A stretch of 64,000 nucleotides of DNA from an uncultured Chloroflexia bacterium (GCA_963833535.1 CAWHYC010000004.1:78602-142601), one strand, 5' to 3'; positions 50,423 through 60,899 are shown, numbered from the stretch's first letter. The notes: generated by a model not told the origin, from the letters alone. Numbers and translations: made by a program.

Positions 50423-50692
50423 ATGGCGAACTGGCGTTGTCCGCACTGCGGCACGCCCCAGCCGGAGGCATCCCGGTGCTGGGTCTGTTCGCGGTCCTCG
50501 ACGAGCTGCTCGACCTGCGCCCACTTCCGTCGCGGCGTGGCCGGTCCGCTGGGCATCTGCGGGGCGGACCCGCGCCTGGGGCCGATCCGCGCCGACGAGG
50601 TCCGGCCATGCTGGGAGGAACGGCGCCCGCTGGTGGCGGCCGGCGATGTCGATCGGTCGGGGCTCTTCGAGGTCGCGCCGCGCCGCGGCTAG
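50423..50692 (+). CDS. Small 8-Cys protein, putative double zinc-binding
   Basis: CPHC, CWVC, CSTC plus two more Cys; TACACT 7 nt upstream of ATG. Confidence 0.7.
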   Translation: MANWRCPHCGTPQPEASRCWVCSRSSTSCSTCAHFRRGVAGPLGICGADPRLGPIRADEVRPCWEERRPLVAAGDVDRSGLFEVAPRRG

Positions 50693-50726
50693 CGACGCCG
50701 GTGGCCGACCAGCCGAACCGTCGGCG

Positions 50727-51941
50727 CTAGTAGATCTCGAAGGCGCTCGAACCCGACACCGTGCGCCCGTCGACGAGCGTCACGGCGATGGTCGCCAGGC
50801 CGGCGCCCTTGACGGTCCCCGCCTTGGGCAACGTCACCCGCCAGGTCGCGATGCCGCTGGCGTTCGTCTCGGCGGTGTAGGTCGACGTCGGCTGCCCAGG
50901 CGGCGAGAAGCTGAAGATCACCGTGGCGCCCGGCACCCGCTTGCCGCCGACGTCAGCGACCGTCGCTCGCAAGACGAACGGCTCGGGCAGGCGCGACGCC
51001 TTCAGGCGACTCGGGCTGACGGCGACCCGGGCCGTCAGCTTGCCGCTGCCGCGCAGGACGGAGACCGACTTCGTGGTCTCGTTGCCGGCCTGGTCGGTCG
51101 CCGTCACGGTCAGCGTGTTGGTGCCGTCGGCGATGCCGATCTTGATCTTGAACGCGCCGCTGTCGCGGGCGTCTTCGCTGGCCGAGCCGCCCGTGTTGCC
51201 GTTGCGGATGGAGACGTTGGCGCCCGGTTGGGTGGTGCCCTCGACAGTCACGATCTGGACCGATGCCTTGACGCGGGACTTGTCGGCGGGAGCGCTGATG
51301 GCCAGGCCCGGATCCTCGGTGTCAAGAGTGATGACGATGGGCACGGAGCGGGGACCCTCGCCGTCCGGGCCGACGATGGCCGCGGTGATCTCGTTCTCCC
51401 CCTCCGCCAACGGGATGGCGGTGACCAGGAAGTCGGCGGTCGGCGGCACGGGGACCTCGTCGACCTCCTCGGCGCCGACGAAGACGCGCAGCGTCAGCTC
51501 CTCCGAACCCGCGACGCCGCTGGGCAGCAGCCCGCGCAGATCCCAGGCCTCGGTGCTCGTGAACGGGTTGTCGGGTGCCTCCAGCCGCGGAGCAGCGTCG
51601 GGTGCCACGGCCCCCGTCGACGCCCGTGGCGTCGGTGATCCGGTCAGCCCGCCCAGCAGCCCGCCGATCGAACCGCCGAGCCCGGCTACCGCGGCGCTGA
51701 TGGCGCCGGTCGCGACCAGCGCGAACGCGCCCGCCAGGGCGATGACGGCGACGAGCAGGATGGCTCGCGCGGCGCCAGGCAGTGCGCCGGCCGTCTCCAC
51801 CGACCGGTGGCGCGTCAACCGCTCGGCGCTCGGCGGCGCATAGCGTCCCTGGATCGGTGACCGTCGGGCGACCGGCGGTTGCGGACGGCGTGTCGAGGCG
51901 GCGCGTTGGTCCACGCGACGCGGACGCTTGCTGGCGGTCAT
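50727..51941 (-). CDS. Membrane-anchored Ig-like domain protein
   Basis: N-terminal TM; GENEITA, LDTEDP, GTNTLTVTATDQAGNET beta-sandwich motifs. Confidence 0.75.
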   Translation of the reverse strand: MTASKRPRRVDQRAASTRRPQPPVARRSPIQGRYAPPSAERLTRHRSVETAGALPGAARAILLVAVIALAGAFALVATGAISAAVAGLGGSIGGLLGGLTGSPTPRASTGAVAPDAAPRLEAPDNPFTSTEAWDLRGLLPSGVAGSEELTLRVFVGAEEVDEVPVPPTADFLVTAIPLAEGENEITAAIVGPDGEGPRSVPIVITLDTEDPGLAISAPADKSRVKASVQIVTVEGTTQPGANVSIRNGNTGGSASEDARDSGAFKIKIGIADGTNTLTVTATDQAGNETTKSVSVLRGSGKLTARVAVSPSRLKASRLPEPFVLRATVADVGGKRVPGATVIFSFSPPGQPTSTYTAETNASGIATWRVTLPKAGTVKGAGLATIAVTLVDGRTVSGSSAFEIY

Positions 51942-52033
51942 GCGCCGGTCATTCTCGCACGCCGGCTCCGTTACGACCCTCCGGTGTACCCTGTGGCCGT
52001 CCGGCCCTGTCCGGAGTCATCGAGGGAGGTTGG

Positions 52034-52438
52034 ATGGAGTCATCGGCCCGTCGGCCAGCATCGTCGGCCGGCGGTGAGATGGGTCGACGCCGCCCGCCGC
52101 CGCCGCCGCCCGGCCCGATCGCGCGAGCCACGCCGACGGCGCTCGGACTCCTCCCCACGCGGACCGTGGCCGGCCTGCCGACCGTCCAACGCAATGGCTT
52201 CGGCCTGCCGAACCTGCGGCGCAACGTCTGTCCGCATTTCTACATGTCGGGCCTGCGCGGGGCGATCCCCATCCAGGCTCCACATCTGCTCAAAGCGCTG
52301 ATGCGCCAGGACTCGACCGTCAGCCGCTGCCAGCTGCGCGGTGGCGTCCATCTCGAGCAGGGCTACGTGGCCGACATCTGTCTCTCGCCGCGATTCAACC
52401 AGTGCGTCTTCTATGAGGACGACCTGACGCGCCGCTGA
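52034..52438 (+). CDS. Hypothetical protein with four Cys
   Basis: GGAGG RBS; ends 4 nt before folC. Confidence 0.6.
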   Translation: MESSARRPASSAGGEMGRRRPPPPPPGPIARATPTALGLLPTRTVAGLPTVQRNGFGLPNLRRNVCPHFYMSGLRGAIPIQAPHLLKALMRQDSTVSRCQLRGGVHLEQGYVADICLSPRFNQCVFYEDDLTRR

Positions 52439-52442
52439 CGGC

Positions 52443-53837
52443 GTGACGACGGTCATGGCTGCCCGGGAGCTCGGCGTCACCGAGGTCGTGGCCGCGCTCC
52501 AGGATCGGGGCCGGTTCGGCGTCCGACTCGGTCTCGGTCGCACGCGATCCCTGCTCCGGGCGCTCGGATCGCCCGAGGCTGGCATCCGCGGCGTCCTCGT
52601 CGGTGGAACCAACGGCAAAGGCAGCGTCCAGGCCATGGTCGGCTCCGTGCTGACGGAGGGCGGCCTGCGGGTGGGACAGACGCCGAAGCCGCACCTGGTC
52701 GACTATCGCGAGCGGATCGTCATCGGTGGTCGCCCCTTGGCCACCGAGGACTTCGGCGGCGTGCTGCGCGCCGCCCTGTCGGCCAGCGATGAGGTGGCGC
52801 GCCGGCGGGGGCCGCCGACCGAGTTCGAGGTCCTCACCGCGGCCGCGTTCCTGGCCTTCGCCAGAGCGGCCGTCGACGTGGCTGTGGTCGAGGTCGGTCT
52901 CGGCGGCCGCCTCGATGCGACCAATGCCTGGGACGGCGGGGTAGCGGCGGTGACCAACGTGGCCTTCGACCACATGGAGCACCTCGGTACCAGCCTGGCG
53001 GCCATCGGCCGCGAGAAGGCGGCCATCATCAAGCGTGGCGACCTGGCGGTCACGGGCGCCAGCGGGGATGGGCTGGCGGCCATCCGGCGTCGGGCGGCAC
53101 GCGTCCACGCACCGCTCGCCGAGGTGACGCCGCCGACCGTCCTGGGCATGGACCGCCGAGGCTTGCAGCTCCGCTTCGACGGCCTGGGCGAGGTGCGACT
53201 GGGTCTGCTCGGCCGCCACCAGGCGAGCAACGCGGCGGTCGCGGTCGGCATCCTCGACGCCCTGCGCCAGGCGGGCATCGTCGATGTCTCGGCGGCGAAG
53301 ACGCTCGACGGCCTCGCCGCCGCGCGCTGGCCGGGGCGCCTCGAGCTCCTCAGCCTGGCAGCCGATGGGCGGGCGCGGCCTGCCCCGGCGGAGACGTTCG
53401 CGGTCGAGACCCCGGACGTGCTCCTGGATGGGGCCCACAACCCGGCCGGCGTGGCGGCCTTCCTCCAGGCGCTCGGCGAGCTTCGTCCCAGCCTGTCGCC
53501 GGGCCGGGCGACGCTCGTCCTGGGCCTGATGGCCGACAAGGACGTGGCCGGCATGGTCGGAGCACTCGCCTCGGCCGGCGCCCTGCGTGGCGCGCGTATC
53601 ATCACCACGCAGGTCGACGCTCCCCGCGCCTTGCCGGCCGCCGACCTGGCGGCTGCCTGGCGTTCGGCGCATGCAGGCGCAGATCAGGATGTCGTGGCCA
53701 GCGAGACAGTCGACGCGGCCCTCGAGATGGCCATCCACTCCGTGCGGTCGGATGGCGGCCCGCTCCTGGTACTGGGCTCGCTCTACCTCGTCGGAGCGAT
53801 CCGCGGCAGGCTGGTCGAGGCGGACGATGCGTCCTGA
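52443..53837 (+). CDS. folC: Folylpolyglutamate synthase/dihydrofolate synthase
   Basis: GTNGKGS, EVGLGGRLDATN, WPGRLE, DGAHN, GSLYL. Confidence 0.95.
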   Translation: MTTVMAARELGVTEVVAALQDRGRFGVRLGLGRTRSLLRALGSPEAGIRGVLVGGTNGKGSVQAMVGSVLTEGGLRVGQTPKPHLVDYRERIVIGGRPLATEDFGGVLRAALSASDEVARRRGPPTEFEVLTAAAFLAFARAAVDVAVVEVGLGGRLDATNAWDGGVAAVTNVAFDHMEHLGTSLAAIGREKAAIIKRGDLAVTGASGDGLAAIRRRAARVHAPLAEVTPPTVLGMDRRGLQLRFDGLGEVRLGLLGRHQASNAAVAVGILDALRQAGIVDVSAAKTLDGLAAARWPGRLELLSLAADGRARPAPAETFAVETPDVLLDGAHNPAGVAAFLQALGELRPSLSPGRATLVLGLMADKDVAGMVGALASAGALRGARIITTQVDAPRALPAADLAAAWRSAHAGADQDVVASETVDAALEMAIHSVRSDGGPLLVLGSLYLVGAIRGRLVEADDAS

Positions 53838-53906
53838 GCAGAGGTCGGTCATGCTGCACGGCTCGGGCGCTGAGAGATCAGGCTAGGAGGTACGACCAGC
53901 CCAACG

Positions 53907-54857
53907 ATGGCCGACACGACGCCGTTCGTGACGTTGCCCGACGCGGCGACGTCGGGACTTGCCCCGACCCCGCCGATGCCCGTCGTCATCGGCGGCACGA
54001 CCTTCGACTGGGGCGCGCGGACCTACCTGATGGGCATCGTCAACGCGACACCCGACTCGTTCAGTGGCGACGGCCTCGCGGTCGGCGGTGCGGATCGTGG
54101 CGGGTCCACGTCGTCGCTGGTCGCCGCCATCGTGCGCCAGGCGCTCGAGATGGCCGATCTGGGCGCCGACCTGATCGACATCGGTGGCGAATCGACGCGT
54201 CCCGGCCATCAGCCCGTCGATGAGGCTGAGGAACGACGTCGCGTGATCGATGGAGTGGCAGCCATCCACGCCGCCAGGCCGGACGTGCCCATCAGCGTGG
54301 ACACGCGTCGGGCGACGATCGCCGCCGCGGCCCTGGCTTCCGGCGCGGCGATGGTCAACGATGTCGCCGCCGTGACCGACTCGTCCGACGCCATCTTCCG
54401 CGTCGCCGCGGAGCACGCCGTGCCGGTCGTCCTGATGCACGACCGCGCCGATGCCCGCTACAGGAACGTGGTGGCCGAGGTCATCGCCGACCTGCAGCGG
54501 GCGCTCGAGCGGGCCGTGGCGGCCGGGGTCGCCTGGGAGCGGTGCCTGGTCGATCCGGGCATCGGCTTCGGCAAGACCGCTGACCAGAACCTCGCGCTCC
54601 TTCACGAGCTGGCGGCGCTGCGCGTCATCGGGCGACCGGTCATGCTTGGCACCAGCCGCAAATCGACCATCGGCCGCGTCCTCGACCTGCCCGCTGACGA
54701 GCGGCTGGAAGGGACGCTGGCCACGACCGCCCTTGGGGTCGCGGCGGGCGTCGACATCGTGCGCGTCCACGACATCCGCGCCAACCTGCGCGTGGCGCGG
54801 ATGGCCGACGCCATCGTCCGCAGGCCTGCCGCCGTCACGGAGACCAACCCGCGATGA
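53907..54857 (+). CDS. folP: Dihydropteroate synthase
   Basis: MGIVNATPDSFS, GGESTRPG, DPGIGFGK, SRKS, RVHD. Confidence 0.96.
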   Translation: MADTTPFVTLPDAATSGLAPTPPMPVVIGGTTFDWGARTYLMGIVNATPDSFSGDGLAVGGADRGGSTSSLVAAIVRQALEMADLGADLIDIGGESTRPGHQPVDEAEERRRVIDGVAAIHAARPDVPISVDTRRATIAAAALASGAAMVNDVAAVTDSSDAIFRVAAEHAVPVVLMHDRADARYRNVVAEVIADLQRALERAVAAGVAWERCLVDPGIGFGKTADQNLALLHELAALRVIGRPVMLGTSRKSTIGRVLDLPADERLEGTLATTALGVAAGVDIVRVHDIRANLRVARMADAIVRRPAAVTETNPR

Positions 54858-55255
54858 CCGACCGCATCGTGCTCAGCCGGATGCGCTTCGACGGGCGTCA
54901 CGGCGTCTCCGACGAGGAGCGGGCCGAGCCCCAGCCCTTCGAGGTCGACGTCGAGCTGTATCTCGACCTCCAGCCGGCCGGCATCGACGACGATCTCCAG
55001 AAGACCGTCGACTACAGCCAGGTCTTCGAGCTCTGCCGCGACCTGGTGGAAGCCACCAACTTCCGGCTGCTGGAAACGATCGCCGAGGGCATCGCCCACG
55101 AGATCCTCGTCGCGCATCCGGTGACCGAGGTCGTCGTCCGCGTCCGCAAGCTGCAGGTCCCGGTCAGCGGCGCCCTCGACCACGCCGAGGTCGAGATCCG
55201 CCGCACCCGATCGACGGCCCGCCGACGTCGGCGGCGCACGCCTCGTTCTGCCTGA
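54854..55255 (+). CDS. folB: Dihydroneopterin aldolase
   Basis: HGVSDEE, TVDYS, LLET, RVRK. Confidence 0.93.
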   Translation: MTDRIVLSRMRFDGRHGVSDEERAEPQPFEVDVELYLDLQPAGIDDDLQKTVDYSQVFELCRDLVEATNFRLLETIAEGIAHEILVAHPVTEVVVRVRKLQVPVSGALDHAEVEIRRTRSTARRRRRRTPRSA

Positions 55256-55290
55256 CCTCGAGGCGCCGTGTCGCGAACGGCGCCTCGAGG
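55256..55290. terminator. Hairpin terminator between folB and htrA
   Basis: 14-bp stem CCTCGAGGCGCCGT / ACGGCGCCTCGAGG. Confidence 0.65.
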
Positions 55291-55408
55291 ATCCCCAGTC
55301 GGGGAACGCGTCCCGGCGCCAGGGGAGGACACCGGGTCGCGTCGTGCCTCGGCGGATGGGAAGGCCCGCGTCGGCCCTTGATTCGGCCGGGGCGCTGCCC
55401 GGCGGCTG

Positions 55409-56779
55409 CTACTCGAGGTCGCCCGGTCGTGTCCCCAGCGTGACCTTCAGGTCGAGCGTGGCACCGTGACGCAGGACGGTCAGCGTGACCTGATCGCCCG
55501 GCCGATAGCGCACCAGGACGTCCTCGAGCGAGTGGCCGACGTCGATCCGCTGGCCATCGATGGCGGTGATGATGTCGTCGTCCTGCAGCCCTGCCGTGGC
55601 AGCGGGCCCGCCGGCGCGGACGCCGGGGCCGCCGCTGTCGCCGGCCACCCAGGCTCCGTAGTCGATGGGCAGGTTCGCCTGGCGCTTGAGCTGCGGGGTG
55701 ACGGCCTGATAGCTGATGCCGATGTAGGGGCGCGAGAGCGGCTCACCGGCGATCGCCTGCTTGAGGAGTGGCTTGGCGATCTCGATGGGGATGGCGAAGC
55801 CGATGCCCTGCGCACTGCCGGCGACGGCTGTGTTGACGCCGATGACCTGGCCCAGCGAGTCGACCAGCGCCCCACCGGAGTTGCCGGGGTTGATGGCGGC
55901 GTCGGTCTGGATGAGATTGCGGAGCCGCCGCGGCTGGCCGGTCGCCTCGTCGTTGACCGTGATCGATCGGCCGGTGGCGCTCACGACGCCTGTCGTGACG
56001 CTGTTCTCGAAGTCGCCCAAGGGGCTGCCGATGGCGATAGCCAGCTGGCCGATCTGCAGCGTGGTCGAGTCGCCGAGCGGCGCGACCGGCAGATCCGCAC
56101 CCTCGATCTTGACGATGGCCAGGTCGGTCAACGTGTCGATGCCGTAGGTGGTGCCCTGGAACTCGCGACCGTCCTTGAGCTTGACGGTCACGGTGTCCGA
56201 ACCCGCGATGACGTGGCGGTTGGTCAGGATCCAGCCCGCAGCGTCATAGATGATGCCCGACCCGATGCCGGTCGTCGGCAGCGAGAACGGGTCGCTGGTG
56301 CTGGGTGCCGTGCCGGAGTCGCTGGTCGCGGTGCTGTGGCTGGTGATGGTCACGACCGCGGGGCTGACCGCCGCCGCGGATCGGATGACGGCCGACTCCT
56401 CGTTCAGCTGAACGGTCGTCTGACCGACCGGTTGTCCGTTGACGATGGTCGGCGTCGAGGCTGGCGCGAAGATGCCGGCGGCCTGCAGCACGAGCAGCTG
56501 GCCGGCCGAGGTGATGACCGCCGCGATGAGCGCGACGGCCAGCAGGGGACCGACGGCCGGCCCGCGACGACCACGGTTGGTGGCTGACGAGGCATCGGCT
56601 GCGGGCGTCGCAACGGGCTCTATCCAGTGGCTTGGCGTGGAGGCTTCTGGCGGTGGCGCGGCCCACTGCGGGCGGCTCGGCTCGGCAGGCGGGCTGAAGG
56701 ACGGGGTGATGGTCTCGGGAGCGCCGGACGACGGCTTGTCGCCCGCGTCGTTGCTGGCGGGGTGCTGGGGTTCGGTCAT
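55409..56779 (-). CDS. htrA: HtrA/DegP-family serine protease with PDZ domain
   Basis: TNRHV, TDLAI, IQTDAAINPGNSGG, C-terminal PDZ. Confidence 0.93.
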   Translation of the reverse strand: MTEPQHPASNDAGDKPSSGAPETITPSFSPPAEPSRPQWAAPPPEASTPSHWIEPVATPAADASSATNRGRRGPAVGPLLAVALIAAVITSAGQLLVLQAAGIFAPASTPTIVNGQPVGQTTVQLNEESAVIRSAAAVSPAVVTITSHSTATSDSGTAPSTSDPFSLPTTGIGSGIIYDAAGWILTNRHVIAGSDTVTVKLKDGREFQGTTYGIDTLTDLAIVKIEGADLPVAPLGDSTTLQIGQLAIAIGSPLGDFENSVTTGVVSATGRSITVNDEATGQPRRLRNLIQTDAAINPGNSGGALVDSLGQVIGVNTAVAGSAQGIGFAIPIEIAKPLLKQAIAGEPLSRPYIGISYQAVTPQLKRQANLPIDYGAWVAGDSGGPGVRAGGPAATAGLQDDDIITAIDGQRIDVGHSLEDVLVRYRPGDQVTLTVLRHGATLDLKVTLGTRPGDLE

Positions 56780-56852
56780 GGGATCGGTGACTCCGTCGAT
56801 GGTGCGGGTCGTCCCACGACGGCCCGGGAGCCAGAGCATGCTCGCCCTCGGT

Positions 56853-58406
56853 TCAGGCCTGGCCTCCGGTCGGTGAAGATACCGTCACCTCGCGTGGCAG
56901 GTGGACGGAGACGCGGGTGCCCTGCCCCAGCGTCGACTCGATGGACACCGTGCCACCGTGCATCTCGACCACCGAGCGCACGATGGAGAGCCCCAGTCCC
57001 GAGCCGGTGCCGCGCTGCTCGTTGGCCAGTGTGCCCCGATAGAAGCGCTCGAAGATGTGCGGCAGCTCGGCGGCATCGATGCCCACGCCGGTGTCGGCGA
57101 CGACCAGCTCGGCCCCATCCGGGACCGATTGGAGGCCGACCGTCACCCGCCCGCCGGCGGGTGTGAACTTGAGGGCGTTGCCGATGAGGTTGGTGAGCAC
57201 TTGCCCGATGCGCTGCGGATCGTGTCGCTGGCGGACGGGTGCGGCGGGCAGGTCGGCGACCAGCTCGACCCCCTTGCGTCGAGCGGCGGGCTCCGCCTGG
57301 GCCAGCGAGCTCTCGATGACCGCCCGCAAGTCGTCCGGCCGGAGGTCGAGCGCCACGAGGCCCGAGTCGAGCTTGGACAGCTCGAGCAGGTTCGTCGCCA
57401 GCCAGTCGAGGCGCTCGATCTGCTGCCGGCTGGAACCCAGGAACTCGTCGCGGGTGCGGCGGTCCTCGGCGGCACCTTCCTGGAGCAGCTCGTTGAAGGT
57501 CAGCAGTGCGGCGATGGGCGTGCGCAGCTCGTGGCTCACGTCGGCCAGGAAGTCGCGGCTGCGGTCCCGGTCGCGCCGGATGAAGGAGACCGACTCCTCG
57601 AGTCGCTCAGCCATGAGGTTGAAAGCGTGGGCCAGCTCGGCGACCTCGGGCGCGCTGTCGTCGCGCTCCTCGACACGCGACGTGAAGTCGCCTTCCGCGA
57701 GCGAGCGCGATGCTCGGGTCAGACGCCGGATGGGCACCGTCAGACGGTCGGCGATGATCGCCGAGACGATGACCGCCACCAGCAGCGCGGCGCTGGCGGC
57801 GATGATCAGGACGCCGACCAGGTTGCCCAGCGTCTGTAGTCGATAGGTGTAGGGCTGCGACAGGCGCAGGGTGAACAGGCGCTGCGGAGCGGTGCCGTCG
57901 AATTGCGAGTACCAGGGGTCGCTGACGGGGAAGGTCGAGGTGCTGGCGATGATCGCGTCGCGAGCCTGACCGGGCTCTGGCTGGACGCCCGTGACCGGCA
58001 CGTCGAAGCTGCCCGCCGTCGGCAGGGGCTGAGCCGGCGATGGGGAGATCGTCAGCAGGACGTCAGCCTGGGCAACGAACTCGGTCAGCTGGTTGAGAAA
58101 GCCGTCCGGGTCATCAGGTGCGCCAAATGCCGCGATGGTCCAGGTCGAGACGGTCGCCGGATCGGTCGGCGCCAGGACCGGCCGCGGCTCCGCGCCGGCC
58201 AGGTCGAGCTGCTCGCGCAGCTGGATCTGGATGAGGACCCGCATCGTCTGCGCCCGCGAGGCCAGGCTCTTCTCCTCCTGCTGCACGAAGTAGTCGTCCA
58301 GCAGGCGGGGCAGGGAGATCAACACCAGGCTCAAGGCGATGGCTACCACGGCCGCGAAGGCGAGGGTCAGCCGCGCCCGAAGGCTACGGGGGAACAGGCG
58401 CCGCAC
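56853..58406 (-). CDS. HAMP-domain sensor histidine kinase
   Basis: SHELRTP, NLIGNALKF, DTGVG, GSGLGL. Confidence 0.95.
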   Translation of the reverse strand: MRRLFPRSLRARLTLAFAAVVAIALSLVLISLPRLLDDYFVQQEEKSLASRAQTMRVLIQIQLREQLDLAGAEPRPVLAPTDPATVSTWTIAAFGAPDDPDGFLNQLTEFVAQADVLLTISPSPAQPLPTAGSFDVPVTGVQPEPGQARDAIIASTSTFPVSDPWYSQFDGTAPQRLFTLRLSQPYTYRLQTLGNLVGVLIIAASAALLVAVIVSAIIADRLTVPIRRLTRASRSLAEGDFTSRVEERDDSAPEVAELAHAFNLMAERLEESVSFIRRDRDRSRDFLADVSHELRTPIAALLTFNELLQEGAAEDRRTRDEFLGSSRQQIERLDWLATNLLELSKLDSGLVALDLRPDDLRAVIESSLAQAEPAARRKGVELVADLPAAPVRQRHDPQRIGQVLTNLIGNALKFTPAGGRVTVGLQSVPDGAELVVADTGVGIDAAELPHIFERFYRGTLANEQRGTGSGLGLSIVRSVVEMHGGTVSIESTLGQGTRVSVHLPREVTVSSPTGGQA

Positions 58407-58420
58407 GCGACCCGGACGCC

Positions 58421-59119
58421 TCAGCGCTCGGCGAAGGCGTAGCCGACGCCGCGGACCGTCAGGATGAAGACCGGATCGCTCTGGTCGTCTTCAAGTTTTT
58501 CGCGCAGATGGCTGATGTGCACGTTGATGGTCTTCTCGTCCTGGTCGAGCGCGTCGTAGTCGCGGATGAGCTCGAGCAGCTCGCTGCGCGTGTAGACCCG
58601 CCCGGGCCGCGAGGCGAGGTGGCGGAGCAGGTCGAACTCGGTGGCCGTCAGCGCGATGCGTCGGTCACCGCGCTGGACGCGCCGGCGCTCGAGGTCGATG
58701 ACCAGGTCACGATGGCGGATCATCCGCCCGCCGCCGGCATCGGAGAGATCGCCATACGCCCGCCGCAGGAGGGCCTTGATGCGGCTCATCAGCTCACGCA
58801 GGGCGAACGGCTTGGTCAGGTAATCGTCGGCGCCGAGCTCCAGGCCGATGACTTTGTCGACCTCGTCGTCGCGAGCGGTCAGGAAGAGGACCGGCGCCTT
58901 GGAGCCGGCCGCACGCATCCGCCGCAGGACCTCGAAGCCGTCCATGCCCGGCAGCCGGACGTCGAGGATGACGAGGTCCGGCGCCTTCTGCGTGGCGAAC
59001 TCGAGGCCCTCCTCGCCGCTCCGGGCGAGAGTCACGTCGTAGCCCTCCTGCTGGAGGGCGTACTGGACGCCACGGGCGACCGCGTGCTCGTCTTCGACGA
59101 TCAGGATGGTGGCAGTCAT
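58421..59119 (-). CDS. OmpR-family response regulator
   Basis: VEDE, LDVRLPGMDG, GADDYLTKPF, TVRGVGY. Confidence 0.95.
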   Translation of the reverse strand: MTATILIVEDEHAVARGVQYALQQEGYDVTLARSGEEGLEFATQKAPDLVILDVRLPGMDGFEVLRRMRAAGSKAPVLFLTARDDEVDKVIGLELGADDYLTKPFALRELMSRIKALLRRAYGDLSDAGGGRMIRHRDLVIDLERRRVQRGDRRIALTATEFDLLRHLASRPGRVYTRSELLELIRDYDALDQDEKTINVHISHLREKLEDDQSDPVFILTVRGVGYAFAER

Positions 59120-59233
59120 GGTCGCGGCGCATGGTACATCGGGGGCCATCTGCTACCATTCCGCCCCCATCCATCACCGACCCGCCGCGCGTCAGACGTC
59201 CGCGCCGCGCCCGCCCGTGAGGTCTCGATCACC

Positions 59234-59887
59234 GTGAGCACCCGACCCGAACTCGTCGCGCAGCGTCGCGTCATCCTCGGCAAGAAGGTCGCCGATCTGC
59301 GTCGCGACGGCATCCTGCCGGCCGTCGTGTACGGTCGTGGCGGCGATTCCGAGTCGATCCAGGTCGATGCTCGCGCATTCGACGATCTGCGCCGGCATCA
59401 TGGTCGGAACACCCTGCTCGACCTCAAGATCGAGGGCGGCAAGGCACGCCCGGTGCTCGTCCACCAGATCGCCGAGCACCCCGTCAAGCGCAAGGCCGTG
59501 CACATCGACTTCTACCTCGTGACGATGACCGAGGAGATGACCGTCGACGTGCGCGTCGTTGCCATCGGCGAGTCGTTCGCGGTCGAGAAGCTCGGCGCCA
59601 CGCTGCTGCATCAGCTCGATAGCATCAAGGTCCGTGCCCTGCCGGCCGACCTACCGCAGACCCTCGAGGCCGACATCTCGCCGCTCGCGACGTTCGACGA
59701 CGTCATCCATGCCGGCGACGTTCCCCTGCCGGCGACGGTCACGTTGGTGACCGATCCGCACGAGACGGTCATCCGGCTCCAGGCGCCGCGCGTCGAGGAG
59801 GTCGTCGTCGCTGCCGAGGTCCCGGCCGAGGAGGGTGGCGAGGTCATCGCGGACGAGGCCGAAGAGTCCGAGGACACAGAGTCCTAG
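59234..59887 (+). CDS. rplY: 50S ribosomal protein L25/Ctc
   Basis: LRRDGILPAVVYG, HIDFY, acidic tail. Confidence 0.93.
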   Translation: MSTRPELVAQRRVILGKKVADLRRDGILPAVVYGRGGDSESIQVDARAFDDLRRHHGRNTLLDLKIEGGKARPVLVHQIAEHPVKRKAVHIDFYLVTMTEEMTVDVRVVAIGESFAVEKLGATLLHQLDSIKVRALPADLPQTLEADISPLATFDDVIHAGDVPLPATVTLVTDPHETVIRLQAPRVEEVVVAAEVPAEEGGEVIADEAEESEDTES

Positions 59888-59921
59888 CCCAAGTCGGCCC
59901 GCCCGACGAGGTCGCCACGTC

Positions 59922-60899
59922 GTGACGACGCCGATCGCCAAGACTGCCATCGAGACGGACGCTCTCGTCAAGCGCTACGGGCGCACGGTCGCGCTCGACG
60001 GCCTGACGATGCGCGTCCCGGCGGGCGAGGTCTTCGGCTTCCTCGGTCCCAATGGCGCGGGCAAGACGACGGCTATCAAGCTGCTGCTTGGCCTCGCCCG
60101 CCCGACCTCCGGTCAGGCCCGGCTGCTCGGCCGCCCGGCCGGCGATCGCGAAGCGCGGCGACACGTGGGCTACCTGCCCGAGCTGTTCCGCTATCAGGCC
60201 TGGTTGAGCGGTCGCGAGGTGCTCGCTGCCCACTGCCGGTTGGCCGGCCTGCCGCGTGCCACGTGGGCACCTCAGATCGACACCGCCCTGCACGCGGCCG
60301 GCATCAGCGAGCGTGGCGGCGATCGTGTCGGCGGCTACTCCAAGGGCATGCAACAGCGGCTCGGTCTGGCCGTCGCCTTGCTCGGCGACCCGGCCGTCGT
60401 CTTCCTGGACGAGCCGACGTCGGCGCTCGACCCCGTCGGCAGGCTGGAGATGCGCGGTATCGTCCACGGCCTTCGCGAGCGCGGCACGACCATCTTCCTC
60501 AACTCCCACCTGCTGACCGAGGTCGAGCGGGTCTGTGACCGGGTGGTCATCCTCGATCACGGTCTGGTGGTCGCCGAGGGTCCGTTGGCGGACCTCCTCT
60601 CGGAGCACCACCTGCGCATCCGTGTCACTGGGCTCGACCGCCCGCCGGCTGAGCTGCTGGCGGCCTTCGGAGCGCTGACCGAGGTCGACGGCTACCTCGA
60701 GATCTCCGGCCTCGATCCGGCGCGGGTGCCGGATCTGGTGGCGACCCTCGTGGCGGCCGGCGGGCGCGTGTACGCCGTCGAGCCTCGCCAGGCGACGCTC
60801 GAAGAGCGCTTCGCGGAGGCGGTCGGGGCGCCGCCGCTCGCACCCGAGCCCCATACGTGGGGCGGCAGCGGCAGTGCGGACGGGCGAACGGCCGGCTGA
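59922..60899 (+). CDS. ABC-2 type transporter ATP-binding protein
   Basis: GPNGAGKTT, YSKGMQQR, LDEPT. Confidence 0.92.
   Translation: MTTPIAKTAIETDALVKRYGRTVALDGLTMRVPAGEVFGFLGPNGAGKTTAIKLLLGLARPTSGQARLLGRPAGDREARRHVGYLPELFRYQAWLSGREVLAAHCRLAGLPRATWAPQIDTALHAAGISERGGDRVGGYSKGMQQRLGLAVALLGDPAVVFLDEPTSALDPVGRLEMRGIVHGLRERGTTIFLNSHLLTEVERVCDRVVILDHGLVVAEGPLADLLSEHHLRIRVTGLDRPPAELLAAFGALTEVDGYLEISGLDPARVPDLVATLVAAGGRVYAVEPRQATLEERFAEAVGAPPLAPEPHTWGGSGSADGRTAG

Noticed and set aside
55409-59119. Response regulator-kinase-htrA cluster as a novel system
   Set aside because: Common envelope-stress arrangement (MprAB/PepD- or CssRS/HtrA-like)
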